Below are positions 8,132 through 17,489 of a stretch of DNA of 50,845 nt, piece after piece. Both the position numbers and the translations under genes were made by a program. The stretch's first letter is position 1. Each line of letters begins with the position of its first letter. The notes under the pieces are model-generated. The model made no database searches, was not told where the DNA came from, and worked only from the letters and a program-made list of their open reading frames with translations. Source of the stretch: Candidatus Levyibacteriota bacterium (GTDB taxonomy: Bacteria; Patescibacteriota; Microgenomatia; Levybacterales; UBA12049); NCBI GenBank assembly GCA_016188975.1, contig JACPGQ010000003.1, positions 1 to 50,845 of the forward strand. Reading direction: 5' to 3'.

Positions 8132-8803
8132 ATGACACAAATGGTACTCGTTGTCGAAGATGACAAATCCCTCCAGCAGTACCTCAAAGACATCCTCCTT
8201 GACAACAACTACACTGTACACGTCGTTTCAGATGGCCTGACGGCAATGAAGTACGTCAAAGAAGTAAAACCAGAACTCGTCTTGTTGGATCTCGGGCTTC
8301 CAAACGTGAGCGGCGAAACTGTCTGCAAAGAAATCCGTAAAACCTATCCGGATCTCCCTATCATCATGCTGACAGCACGACAAGGAGCAGCTGAGGTCGT
8401 ACAGGGACTGAGCCTCGGAGCTGACGACTACATCACCAAGCCCTTTGTTGCTGATGAGCTACTTGCACGCATCAAAGCCCGGCTTAGGGAGATAAGATCC
8501 GATGTACCCACGCTCAAACTTGCAGATTTGGAGGTAAACACCCAAAAAGTACAGGTGAAACGCGGCGGAGAAAGCATCTCGCTTACCCCACATGAATTTA
8601 GGCTCTTAGTGTATCTGCTGCAAAATAACGGCGTTGTCCTTACACGGGAAATGATATTAAATAAAATCTGGTCGTACTCACTAGATGTGGAGAGTCGGGT
8701 CGTCGATGTTTACATGGGGTACCTGCGTAAAAAAATCGATGCAAACCACAAGAAAAAGCTCATCCACTCAATCCGCGGGTTTGGGTATACGATTAAAGAA
8801 TAA
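8132..8803 (+). CDS. OmpR-family response regulator (receiver plus winged-helix)
   Basis: It has MVLVVEDD, LVLLDLGLP and KPF receiver motifs, and the C-terminal LTPHEFRLLVYLLQN...GFGY motif of Trans_reg_C. The ORF track starts at 8093. I prefer the ATG at 8132, which lies 6 nt after TATACT. Confidence 0.85.
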   Translation: MTQMVLVVEDDKSLQQYLKDILLDNNYTVHVVSDGLTAMKYVKEVKPELVLLDLGLPNVSGETVCKEIRKTYPDLPIIMLTARQGAAEVVQGLSLGADDYITKPFVADELLARIKARLREIRSDVPTLKLADLEVNTQKVQVKRGGESISLTPHEFRLLVYLLQNNGVVLTREMILNKIWSYSLDVESRVVDVYMGYLRKKIDANHKKKLIHSIRGFGYTIKE

Positions 8804-9463
8804 CTAGTTCTTTTTTTGCCGAAGCGGCAGTATCACACGAATCACCCGCGCTTTTTTTACCGTCCTGTCCTCAAGCTTCCCACTATGTTTGGAAACTGCA
8901 AGAGATGCTATAGCAAAAAGCAATGCACGCTCAACACTCGATTCTGACTGATCGTGCTTACCAAAACTCTTGTGGTCCGTAAGAAAGAGAAAAATAGCCC
9001 TCCTCTTCTCAACTGAAATATCGATTGAGAGCATTTCTCTAGCCTGCAGGACAAAAAGTATGACCCCTTTCATAGCCAGAGTGAGTAAAGCTTTATCTCC
9101 CATCATTTCTTTCGTTGCAGTTTTTTCAAAACGAATCTGCCGCTGCTCATCGGCATGGAGTGAAGAAACTGCATCATTTAGTATGTCTTGCACAGAAAAA
9201 AACGAATAGACAAATGCAGGATTATCCTCATGGAGCCGTATGTATTCCACTACCTGGGTTGTGCGCTCTGTCAGAAGATTGACCTTTTTTTGGAGACTTT
9301 CAATCTGAGGAAGATAGCTTTTATGCTTCTCTTTTTTCAGCTGTCGCTCCAGTATAAAAAGCAGAGATTGTACGCTAGCAAGAGGCGACTTGAGGTGATG
9401 CGCGAGTATCCCATACGGTACAACCAAAGGGAAATGAGTTTTCTTTGGCATAGAGAGAAACAA
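8804..9463 (-). CDS. histidine-kinase-like protein with a DHp H-box but a degenerate ATPase domain
   Basis: 219 aa. It has the H-box ILAHHLKSPLASVQSLL, no TM segment, and no clear N, G1 or G2 boxes in the C-terminal half. Confidence 0.5.
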   Translation of the reverse strand: MFLSMPKKTHFPLVVPYGILAHHLKSPLASVQSLLFILERQLKKEKHKSYLPQIESLQKKVNLLTERTTQVVEYIRLHEDNPAFVYSFFSVQDILNDAVSSLHADEQRQIRFEKTATKEMMGDKALLTLAMKGVILFVLQAREMLSIDISVEKRRAIFLFLTDHKSFGKHDQSESSVERALLFAIASLAVSKHSGKLEDRTVKKARVIRVILPLRQKKN

Positions 9464-9502
9464 GTATACTATAGCAACGTAATCTTGTCAGAACGAAGTC
9501 AT

Positions 9503-9883
9503 TCAAGCAATCACGGGGAGCATGTGTGTTCGAATTATCTGTAAAAGTTCTTCTGTGTCAAAAGGCTTTGCGAGATAACCAGCTATCCCCAAATTAGTTG
9601 CCTCCTGCTGCCCGGAAGGATGGGCTGAAAACATAACAATTGGGATATTTTCTGTCCTTTTATCATGCTTCAACTCCGTTGCAATCTGCTTCCCGTCCTG
9701 TCCGGAAAGAAAAAGATCGAGAAGCACTATGTTTGGAGCAAATCCACAAACCGTTGCAACAATATTCTCAGCCTTTCTTACCGCCTTGACAATGTAGCCT
9801 TGGTCCTGCAGACAATAGGTAAGCGCCTCAACTATTGACTCATCGTCATCGATCACAAATATCTTACCACTGTTTTTTGCCAT
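9503..9883 (-). CDS. single-domain response regulator (CheY-like receiver)
   Basis: It shows KIFVIDDDESI, VLLDLFLSGQDG and AKPF motifs. The start is set at the internal ATG (MAKNSG). The longer ORF to 10066 overlaps the upstream gene. Confidence 0.8.
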   Translation of the reverse strand: MAKNSGKIFVIDDDESIVEALTYCLQDQGYIVKAVRKAENIVATVCGFAPNIVLLDLFLSGQDGKQIATELKHDKRTENIPIVMFSAHPSGQQEATNLGIAGYLAKPFDTEELLQIIRTHMLPVIA

Positions 9884-9945
9884 TCCATTATTATCGCACA
9901 CGAAATAGAAAGCTGGTAAAAAAAATGTAAGAGACACGTAAGAGC

Positions 9946-11622
9946 TTAGTGCTCTATCGCGTGGAGCACGGGGAGATACATTCTCTCGATGTAGGCTCTG
10001 AACATTCGCGTCGCGCTGAATTGGTTCAGAGACATTGCTCGGGCATTTTTCATATGCGCCACCCACTCGTCTCTTTGCTCAAAATACATCGGAAGAATCT
10101 GGTCATGTAAAGCATTGTGAATACTTTTGCTAATACTATCATTATCAAGTATCCATCCAATTCTGAATAGCTCTGCTTCATCTACCCACCCGTCTTTCGT
10201 ACTTACCGGAATTGTTCCGTTTAAAGCAGCTTTCATGCCGCTTGTGCCACATGCCTCAAATCCGACGACTGGGGTATTGATCCATATATCACACCCAGCG
10301 ACCATCAACCGGGCAAGTTCCAGGTTATAGCTTGAAAGATACACGATTATATCTTTCAGCTCATTTTTTGCCAAATGAACAATCTGTTGCATAAGAGAAG
10401 CACCGTCGACGTCCCCCGGAGGCGCAAATCCAGATACAACGACGCGGACTCTTCTTCCCTCTGCTGTGGCCAGAGACTTGAAACGCTCTACGTCTTGAAA
10501 GAGGGCGAGGGGCCTTTTGTAGGGAACCATCCGTCTTGCCCACCCGATAACAAAATCCTCTTCGTCCCACGACACTCCCGTCCGCACGTGAAGATATGAG
10601 AGGAGTTTTTGCTTTTGCCCTGTATGGTACGCAAGAACATCATCCCCAACCTCTCCATCCCAGGTTGGGATGTGTACGCCATTTGTTACAATTTCCATGG
10701 GATGGTCAGCCCAAATCTCTTTTGCTTTCTGTTGGTGAATCGTGCTGACCGCATTTATCCTGTTTGCGATCCTAAGCGAAAGCATCGTCATCGAAAATCT
10801 GCTTGAATCCTGAATCAGTCCGAGATTGACAATTTCATTTGCGGGGACCTGCAGTTCTTCAGCGTATTTGTGAAGCATTGTCGAAACCAAATCATTACTA
10901 AACACTTCATTGCCTGCACTTACAAGCGTGTGGTTTGTAAATACGATGTGACGTTTTGCAAGCGAGATTGCATCCTGAAAACTCACCTGACGCCTGACCA
11001 TCTCATGACGCATCAGGTCCAGAATAAGCATTGCTGAGTGCCCTTCGTTGAGGTGATAAACGGATGGGTGAATCCTCAGCGCTTCCAAAAGCCGTATGCC
11101 CCCAATCCCTAAAACCATCTCCTGTTTCAGCCGTGTTTCCTTATCCGTCGTGTATAGCCTGCTGGTTATCGCTCTGTCCTCAGCACTATTTTCCTCAACA
11201 TTTGTATCCAGAAGAAAAACGTTCACATTTTTGTAGGAGTACTTCCAGGCGGAAACAAGAATATGCCGGTCTTGGATTGGGACCGTGAGCTTGATCGGAT
11301 TGCCAAAAGTATCATTCACAGGGACGATTCCGCTGTCTTTTGGGCCGAGCACTACCGTCCCGTCCACAATACTTCCGGTTTCATCAACTTTTTGTGAGAC
11401 ATATCCTTCTCGATAATAAAGCCCCAATGCAACAAGCGGAAACGACCGGTCTCCCGCTTCTTTGATAGTATCCCCTGACAAAACCCCCAGTCCGCCTGCA
11501 AAAATGGGGAGCTTGTCGGACAAAGCATACTCTGCGCTAAAATACGCGACCGGCTGAGTCTGAAACTGCTTGAAATCGTCAGTCTGGAGAAAAGAAGAAA
11601 ACCAATTCAGATCATCCTGCAT
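9946..11622 (-). CDS. glgP: alpha-glucan (glycogen/maltodextrin) phosphorylase family protein, GT35
   Basis: 558 aa. FSAEYALSDKLPIFAGGLGVLSGDTIKEAGD and EACGTSGMKAALNG (PLP-Lys region) are typical of the short alpha-glucan phosphorylases. Confidence 0.85.
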   Translation of the reverse strand: MQDDLNWFSSFLQTDDFKQFQTQPVAYFSAEYALSDKLPIFAGGLGVLSGDTIKEAGDRSFPLVALGLYYREGYVSQKVDETGSIVDGTVVLGPKDSGIVPVNDTFGNPIKLTVPIQDRHILVSAWKYSYKNVNVFLLDTNVEENSAEDRAITSRLYTTDKETRLKQEMVLGIGGIRLLEALRIHPSVYHLNEGHSAMLILDLMRHEMVRRQVSFQDAISLAKRHIVFTNHTLVSAGNEVFSNDLVSTMLHKYAEELQVPANEIVNLGLIQDSSRFSMTMLSLRIANRINAVSTIHQQKAKEIWADHPMEIVTNGVHIPTWDGEVGDDVLAYHTGQKQKLLSYLHVRTGVSWDEEDFVIGWARRMVPYKRPLALFQDVERFKSLATAEGRRVRVVVSGFAPPGDVDGASLMQQIVHLAKNELKDIIVYLSSYNLELARLMVAGCDIWINTPVVGFEACGTSGMKAALNGTIPVSTKDGWVDEAELFRIGWILDNDSISKSIHNALHDQILPMYFEQRDEWVAHMKNARAMSLNQFSATRMFRAYIERMYLPVLHAIEH

Positions 11623-11741
11623 TCCTTAAAGTATAACAAACATAAAGAGGTTCGGTAAGCGGTAACGAAGCCCGTATCGGTAACGTTAAACGTATAACGT
11701 TTTACGAAACTGGCATCGTAACCGAAAAACGCTAAACATCA

Positions 11742-13451
11742 TTACGCGGTCGCTTTATATGCAGGGTGCGGTGTTTCACTCACCGCACGTTTACGGCTAG
11801 CGATCACCTGCCGATACCACAAATCATACTCTTTTGCCGCGTGTTCCCATGAAAAATCACTCTCCAAACAATCAATAACAAGTTTACGCCACAGTGTTTT
11901 CTGCCGGTAAAAAGTCAGTGCTTCAACAATTTTCGCGTAAAGCGCCCATGGGTCGATTGAAGAAAATGAGAAACCGTTGCCGCTTTGTTTCTCAGGATTA
12001 AAATCCTCAATGATGTCATTGAGTCCGCCAGTCCGACGGACCAGAGGAACACAACCATAGCGAAGTGCTTCCAAAGCGACAATTCCTCCCGGCTCAAAAT
12101 AACTTGGGATGAGGATTATATCCCCGCCTGCATATAGCTTTCGGGGAAGACGAAAGTCGCCGCGAAGATGAAGACCAATTTGCTGCGGAAAATCTTGTTT
12201 TAGCAGCTGCAGCTTGTCCCGATAATTTGATTGGTCACTGCTCCCCAGTGCAATGATCTGAAGACCAGGATAAATAGTAAGTACATGAGGCAAAACTGTC
12301 AGTAACAAATCCCACCCTTTCTGCGTTGAGAGCCTTCCGCAACTCACGATGACTGGTACGTTCTCATTTTCTGGAAGAAAAAACAGCTTCTGCAGGTCTT
12401 TTTTGTTCGCTGCTCTTCCTCTCTGAAATGTCTTAATTCCATACCGTCTCTTGATGATGGGATCTGTCGTCGGATTAAATTCCTTGGTATCAAGACCATT
12501 GAGAATTCCTGCTAACTTTCCCCGCGCTTTTATGAGCTCCTCTTCAAGCCCCTCGGCAAACTCGGGAGTCAGCACCTCAACGGCGTGCGATGGACTGACT
12601 GTACTTATCGCATCTGAGAATCTAATTCCCCGAAGGAGCGCGTTCTGTTTTTGCATTTTTGTATCCAGCATCGGGAGGAGCTTATCGTTACCATTATCTT
12701 TATCGGCAGGTGGAGCATAGCGAAAATCAAAATTTCCCTGATATGCAAAATTATGCACTGTATAGACAACTGGAATTTTTTCAAAAACAGGGGCGTATCG
12801 CGGGTCTCGCCTCATCATTTCGATAAGGTATCCCGTATGCCAATCGTTGCAGTGGATGAGATCAGGCCACCATTCAAGCTGCTTATTTTCACTATCTTCA
12901 GACAATCGCTTTATCTGGAGAAAAAACTCTAGGAAGCCTTTTGACAGGAGCGCAAATCGTATATGGTCATCACCATACCCGAAAACATTTGCCCGGAGTT
13001 CGTAGTATTCCCTGTTCTCAAGAAAATAAATATCAGGGTCTGATTCTTTTGCGTGGAAATATTTGACATTGCATATGAGAAAATCTTCTTTGTCTTTACC
13101 CTGAATTTCAACCTGTCTCGACTCACCTACGGGAACACGAAGCCCCTCATAAAGCATGGTAAACTTCCATTTTCCGCTGACATTTTTTTCATCAATCACG
13201 CCGTATTTAGGAGTAAAAATGCGGACATCATGCTTCATGTGTCGGAGTGCTCGGGGAAGAAAATACATGACTTGTGACAACCCGCCAACTGTCGAAAATG
13301 GCGCCACTTCAGCCGCAACAAATAAAATCTTCATGTCTGTATTGTAGCATACGCAAGTTGGATATGCAACAATCGCGATTGCAAGAAGCAGTATTGCTCC
13401 AACGAGGTAGAACACTTTGAACCAGTCAAGATTTAAATACCACTCAATCAT
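11742..13451 (-). CDS. glgA: glycogen/starch synthase (GT5) with a possible N-terminal TM extension
   Basis: The canonical N-terminus KILFVAAEVAPFSTVGGLSQV begins at the internal ATG 13334. The longer ORF adds a TM helix and is ATGA-coupled to the upstream small gene. Confidence 0.85.
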   Translation of the reverse strand: MIEWYLNLDWFKVFYLVGAILLLAIAIVAYPTCVCYNTDMKILFVAAEVAPFSTVGGLSQVMYFLPRALRHMKHDVRIFTPKYGVIDEKNVSGKWKFTMLYEGLRVPVGESRQVEIQGKDKEDFLICNVKYFHAKESDPDIYFLENREYYELRANVFGYGDDHIRFALLSKGFLEFFLQIKRLSEDSENKQLEWWPDLIHCNDWHTGYLIEMMRRDPRYAPVFEKIPVVYTVHNFAYQGNFDFRYAPPADKDNGNDKLLPMLDTKMQKQNALLRGIRFSDAISTVSPSHAVEVLTPEFAEGLEEELIKARGKLAGILNGLDTKEFNPTTDPIIKRRYGIKTFQRGRAANKKDLQKLFFLPENENVPVIVSCGRLSTQKGWDLLLTVLPHVLTIYPGLQIIALGSSDQSNYRDKLQLLKQDFPQQIGLHLRGDFRLPRKLYAGGDIILIPSYFEPGGIVALEALRYGCVPLVRRTGGLNDIIEDFNPEKQSGNGFSFSSIDPWALYAKIVEALTFYRQKTLWRKLVIDCLESDFSWEHAAKEYDLWYRQVIASRKRAVSETPHPAYKATA

Positions 13452-13672
13452 GAGACTCCTTTCAAAAGAAGCAGGCTTAGCAAGAAAGCTAAGACTCCTG
13501 CGATCAATCCCAACCCTAGCATAAACAGATCAATAGTGTCAACTCGTGCGAACGCCGGAGCAAGAAATGTTCCGAAGAAAAAAAGACTGAGGTCTTTTGC
13601 ATAATCGGACAATTGCTGCAATTGCGCTTCGTTGAGCCGTGACCGTTTATACCGTCTGATCAACAAAATCAT
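13448..13672 (-). CDS. small membrane protein
   Basis: 74 aa with two hydrophobic helices. Its stop overlaps the glgA start (ATGA). Confidence 0.4.
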   Translation of the reverse strand: MILLIRRYKRSRLNEAQLQQLSDYAKDLSLFFFGTFLAPAFARVDTIDLFMLGLGLIAGVLAFLLSLLLLKGVS

Positions 13673-13727
13673 GTTCGTTTTGTATCACAAACATGCACCC
13701 AATGCAAAATATGCTAAATACCAGCAA

Positions 13728-13991
13728 CTAGTTCTTACCCTCCCCCGTCTGCTTTCTCCCCTCAGTCATCGCGAGGAGATTGCCAAATTCTTTGAGGAAT
13801 TTTTTGGCATGCTCCCTGCTCATTCCCATGCGGGCAACAATCCTCAGCTGATTTGTAGCACCGATTTTCTGTCCGAAATCGAGTACGACACCGTCTTCAT
13901 TTGTCGTCATAAAAATGTTGTCTGTATACAGAATCGGGGTCGTGTCAAGATTGAGATTAATTGAAACCTGTTTCTCATCTTTTTTGTCCAT
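13728..13991 (-). CDS. DUF3467-like protein
   Basis: 87 aa. The segment ILYTDNIFMTTNEDGVVLDFGQ resembles DUF3467. It is one of the few genes here with a clear GGAGGTGA Shine-Dalgarno sequence upstream. Confidence 0.55.
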   Translation of the reverse strand: MDKKDEKQVSINLNLDTTPILYTDNIFMTTNEDGVVLDFGQKIGATNQLRIVARMGMSREHAKKFLKEFGNLLAMTEGRKQTGEGKN

Positions 13992-14161
13992 ACATCATCA
14001 CCTCCATCCACAATGCGAATAGCGTATGGCTCGTTGCCCTAAGGCGAACTTCATAGCAAATGGTCCAAAAAACCATACGCTATATGCCATAAGCCATACG
14101 CAACTTTCTGTGCTAGCAATTATACCCTTTTATAAAGAAGATGTGCTATGCTACACCTTAG

Positions 14162-15322
14162 ATGAAAACCGTTGTGTCGCTCTTCATAGGTGCAGCCATC
14201 ATTACGGTCATCCTCCTAGGCTTTGCCAAATTTCGGCAAGATACTGTTTTTGAAAAACCCGCTCGACCGACCTCACCTCCCTTATCTGCTCAGAAGACAC
14301 CGGAACAAACCGCGCCGGTAACAACAGTAGCTACTGGCCTTGAGGTCCCCTGGGCGATTGCTTTCCTCCCTGAAGGAGGCGATATGCTTGTCACCGAACG
14401 CTCAGGAAGCGTTCGGTTAGTACGAAAAAGTGGCGGACTTGACCCAAATCCTTTGCTGACTATAGAAGACGTTGAAGAAATAGGTGAAGGAGGACTTATG
14501 GGAGTAGCAATCCATCCGGATTTTCCTCAAAAACCGTATGTCTACTTCTACTACACGACCGGACAACGTGGAAGCCAAACGACAAATCAGCTCGTACGCT
14601 ATACGTTTGAGGACGGGGCATTTTCAGATAAAATTGTACTCATAGAAGCTATACCTGGCGCACCAAATCACGACGGAGGAAGAATTAAATTCGGCCCTGA
14701 CTCCTTTCTCTATATTACGACTGGAGACTCGCAAGAACCCTCGCTTGCCCAAAACCGCAATTCATTTGCCGGGAAAATCTTACGCGTCACAGATGAGGGA
14801 AAACCGGCACCTGGTAATCCGTTCATAAGTGGCGGGGGAAATCCCCTTGTCTATTCGTATGGACATCGCAACCCGCAAGGCATCTCGTGGAATAGTAGCG
14901 GTAATCTCTGGGCAACAGAGCACGGACGGTCTGCTCCGACAGGACTTGATGAAATAAACCTGATTGAGAGTGGCCAAAACTATGGCTGGCCGACAATCCA
15001 AGGAGATGAAACAAGATCTGGTATGGTAACACCGAAACGGAACTCAGGACCGACGACAACATGGGCACCATCCGGCGCTGCCTTCGTCAATAATTCTCTG
15101 TTTTTTGCCGGACTTCGGGGAGAAACACTGTATGAAGCAGCAATAAAAGGAGACAACGTCACGCAACTCAAGGAACATTTCAAAGGACAGTTTGGCAGAC
15201 TCCGCGAGGTCGTCCTCAGTCCCGACGGCATGCTCTATGTCACGACGAGTAATAGAGATGGCAGAGGAAGTCCGAGTAATGAGGATGATAGGATTATAAA
15301 AATTGACCCCAACAAACTTTGA
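14162..15322 (+). CDS. PQQ-dependent sugar dehydrogenase (soluble aldose dehydrogenase-like beta-propeller)
   Basis: 386 aa with an N-terminal TM or signal helix, plus GLEVPWAIAFLPEGGDMLVTERSGSVRLV, HDGGRIKFGPD and YSYGHRNPQGISW. Confidence 0.8.
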   Translation: MKTVVSLFIGAAIITVILLGFAKFRQDTVFEKPARPTSPPLSAQKTPEQTAPVTTVATGLEVPWAIAFLPEGGDMLVTERSGSVRLVRKSGGLDPNPLLTIEDVEEIGEGGLMGVAIHPDFPQKPYVYFYYTTGQRGSQTTNQLVRYTFEDGAFSDKIVLIEAIPGAPNHDGGRIKFGPDSFLYITTGDSQEPSLAQNRNSFAGKILRVTDEGKPAPGNPFISGGGNPLVYSYGHRNPQGISWNSSGNLWATEHGRSAPTGLDEINLIESGQNYGWPTIQGDETRSGMVTPKRNSGPTTTWAPSGAAFVNNSLFFAGLRGETLYEAAIKGDNVTQLKEHFKGQFGRLREVVLSPDGMLYVTTSNRDGRGSPSNEDDRIIKIDPNKL

Positions 15323-15375
15323 TTCAAACTCAGAAAATAGTCTACCCAGAATTCTCTTCGCACGTTTACTGAAGA

Positions 15376-15387
15376 TATACTAGTATA
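15376..15387. promoter_or_regulatory. TATACTAGTATA palindrome downstream of the TrpR-like gene
   Basis: This 12-nt perfect palindrome has the same core as the 32-nt palindrome at 15827-15858. Confidence 0.3.
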
Positions 15388-15393
15388 CTTGCA

Positions 15394-15828
15394 CTATTCA
15401 TCAAAAGCTCCTTGAAGGAACTTCGCACGAGCGCGCATATCTGTTTTCGAACGAAGTGCTAAGTCCAATGGCTCAAATGCTTTCTCAATTTTTTTCCAGA
15501 ACTGCCTATTCTTTTCCAGCTTGATTAGTTTTTGTATTTTCCTTATAAATGGTGCTCGTTTATTTTCTAATAAGTACTTATGAGAACGAACTGTTTCAAG
15601 ACTGATTGAAAGACTATTCTGAATTTCTGAGCTCCGAAAGCCTTTTTGTAACATCATATACAAAACAAGTCTCTTTCCTAGCATTGTTCTTTCTTCTTGT
15701 GTTAAAAACTCACCGAGAAATTGATGTATCTCATCTTTTCCTGAGAATGACACAATAAGCGTATTAAGCTGTTCATCAAGCTCTTTCTGTAATTCGACGT
15801 TGATTTTCCTCTTCGAAACCCTCCCCAT
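15394..15828 (-). CDS. TrpR/YerC-like helix-turn-helix protein
   Basis: 144 aa. LTQEERTMLGKRLVLYMMLQKGFRSSEIQNSLSISLETVRSHK resembles the Trp-repressor-like YerC/YecD family. Confidence 0.55.
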   Translation of the reverse strand: MGRVSKRKINVELQKELDEQLNTLIVSFSGKDEIHQFLGEFLTQEERTMLGKRLVLYMMLQKGFRSSEIQNSLSISLETVRSHKYLLENKRAPFIRKIQKLIKLEKNRQFWKKIEKAFEPLDLALRSKTDMRARAKFLQGAFDE

Positions 15829-15858
15829 ACTACAAATATACTAGTATATTTGTAGTAT
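15827..15858. promoter_or_regulatory. 32-nt perfect palindrome at the divergent promoter of the TrpR-like gene and the malic enzyme gene
   Basis: ATACTACAAATATACTAGTATATTTGTAGTAT was verified base by base as self-complementary. It overlaps the ATG of the TrpR-like gene by 2 nt. Confidence 0.6.
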
Positions 15859-15919
15859 TGTAGTAAACGCAAGAAAACGTATGATTAGTATTTATTAGAA
15901 AATATCGTACAATACATCT

Positions 15920-17101
15920 ATGGACGTGTACGAAGAATCGCTCAAACTTCATAAAAAACATCAAGGCAAACTTGAAACGACAGGAATTGTTCAGATAACG
16001 AGTAAACAAGACCTTGCGATCTACTACACCCCAGGAGTCGCTGAGCCGTCACGACAAATTGCTAAAGACAAAACGCTTTCATTTGACCTCACGCTTCGCG
16101 GGAGAACTATTGCAGTCATCTCAGACGGATCTGCAGTACTTGGTCTTGGTAATATCGGAGCAGAAGCAGCACTTCCCGTCATGGAGGGAAAATCACTACT
16201 TCTCAAAAAGTTCGGTGGTGTCGATTCATTTCCACTCGTCATACATGTAAGAACCCCTGAAGAAATCATCCATTTTGTCAGAGATGTCGTACCGACATTC
16301 GCCGGGATACTGCTCGAGGATATTGCAGCGCCAAAGTGTTTCCAGATTGAGGAACAGCTACAAGACCTTGGGATTCCAGTCTTTCATGATGACCAACACG
16401 GGACGGCAATTGTCGTCTCAGCTGCTCTCAGAAACGCGGCCAAAGTCGTCGGAAAACCATTTGAATCACTCAATGTCGTCATAGTCGGCGCTGGAGCTGC
16501 AGGACTTGCAGTTGCACGGATGCTTCTGGGACTTAACTGTGCTGAAGACAGATGCGATCGTCTCCCTGGAAGTAGGTCGGTCAGTGAGGTCATCGTCGTT
16601 GACTCCAAAGGCGCACTCTACTCAGGACGTGATGGACAAAATATCTATAAACAAGCTGTTGCAGGACTTTCGAATAAACAGAGAAAATCCGGTCCTCTTG
16701 AGGAGGTTATAAAAAACGCCGACGCAGTTGTCGGTGTCTCAGGGCCGAATACTATTACGAAGGAGATGGTGGCGAGCATGGCTGACAAAGCAATAGTCTT
16801 TGCGATGGCAAATCCAATTCCTGAAATCATGCCGGATGATGCAAAAGAAGCAGGCGCGTTTGTGATTGCTACAGGACGCTCTGACTTCCCCAATCAAATC
16901 AACAACGTCCTTGCCTTCCCCGGCATTTTTAAAGCTGTAGTGAAAGGAAGACTAAAAACAATCACGCATGAAATGAAAGAAGCAGCAGTTGATGCGATCG
17001 CCAATCTCGTCCCAAACCCGACACAAGAATCCATCATCCCCGACCTCTTTCACCCAGGTCTTGCTGAGAAGATTAGTGAGGCAATATTAAAAGTTAAATA
17101 G
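15920..17101 (+). CDS. NAD(P)-dependent malic enzyme (short form)
   Basis: 393 aa with DLAIYYTPGVAEP, ISDGSAVLGLGNIG, FHDDQHGTAIV, VIVGAGAAG and NNVLAFPGIF. A TACAAT box lies 6 nt upstream of the ATG. Confidence 0.85.
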   Translation: MDVYEESLKLHKKHQGKLETTGIVQITSKQDLAIYYTPGVAEPSRQIAKDKTLSFDLTLRGRTIAVISDGSAVLGLGNIGAEAALPVMEGKSLLLKKFGGVDSFPLVIHVRTPEEIIHFVRDVVPTFAGILLEDIAAPKCFQIEEQLQDLGIPVFHDDQHGTAIVVSAALRNAAKVVGKPFESLNVVIVGAGAAGLAVARMLLGLNCAEDRCDRLPGSRSVSEVIVVDSKGALYSGRDGQNIYKQAVAGLSNKQRKSGPLEEVIKNADAVVGVSGPNTITKEMVASMADKAIVFAMANPIPEIMPDDAKEAGAFVIATGRSDFPNQINNVLAFPGIFKAVVKGRLKTITHEMKEAAVDAIANLVPNPTQESIIPDLFHPGLAEKISEAILKVK

Positions 17102-17429
17102 TGTGCTGAGGCTTACAGAAAGCGAAACAAACTACCTCATAAAATGATATAGCAGCGAATTGTTGAAGCAACACAGGATTGCTTTGTCCAACCTTAATCA
17201 ATCTATCAGTAGTCTCGTGAAAGGCAGCTTTCAGTTGTTCTTTTTGCTCACCCGACTCTGCATAATGATAAGCAGATATTCCTCTTCCTGCCTCATGCAA
17301 TAAGAATTTTGCATCTCCATTAAGTTGAAGTCCAGCTTCAGCCACGAAGTTATTAAATATCCCTACTCGATCGCGTAATGGAAGGGATTTAATATCTACA
17401 GTTGGTCCCTCACGATTCCCTCTTCTCAT
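17094..17429 (-). CDS. hypothetical protein
   Basis: 111-aa ORF with a TATAAT box 6 nt upstream of the ATG. No recognisable domain. Confidence 0.4.
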   Translation of the reverse strand: MRRGNREGPTVDIKSLPLRDRVGIFNNFVAEAGLQLNGDAKFLLHEAGRGISAYHYAESGEQKEQLKAAFHETTDRLIKVGQSNPVLLQQFAAISFYEVVCFAFCKPQHTI

Positions 17430-17489
17430 AAAAATATTATAACAAATTTATTTGATAAAAAGAATATTATGGGTTAAACAAATTTGAAC

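Noticed and set aside
9503-10066. The long form of the receiver-domain ORF (187 aa).
   Set aside because: The first 61 codons overlap the 3-prime end of the phosphorylase gene and have no receiver homology. The domain begins at the internal ATG 9883.
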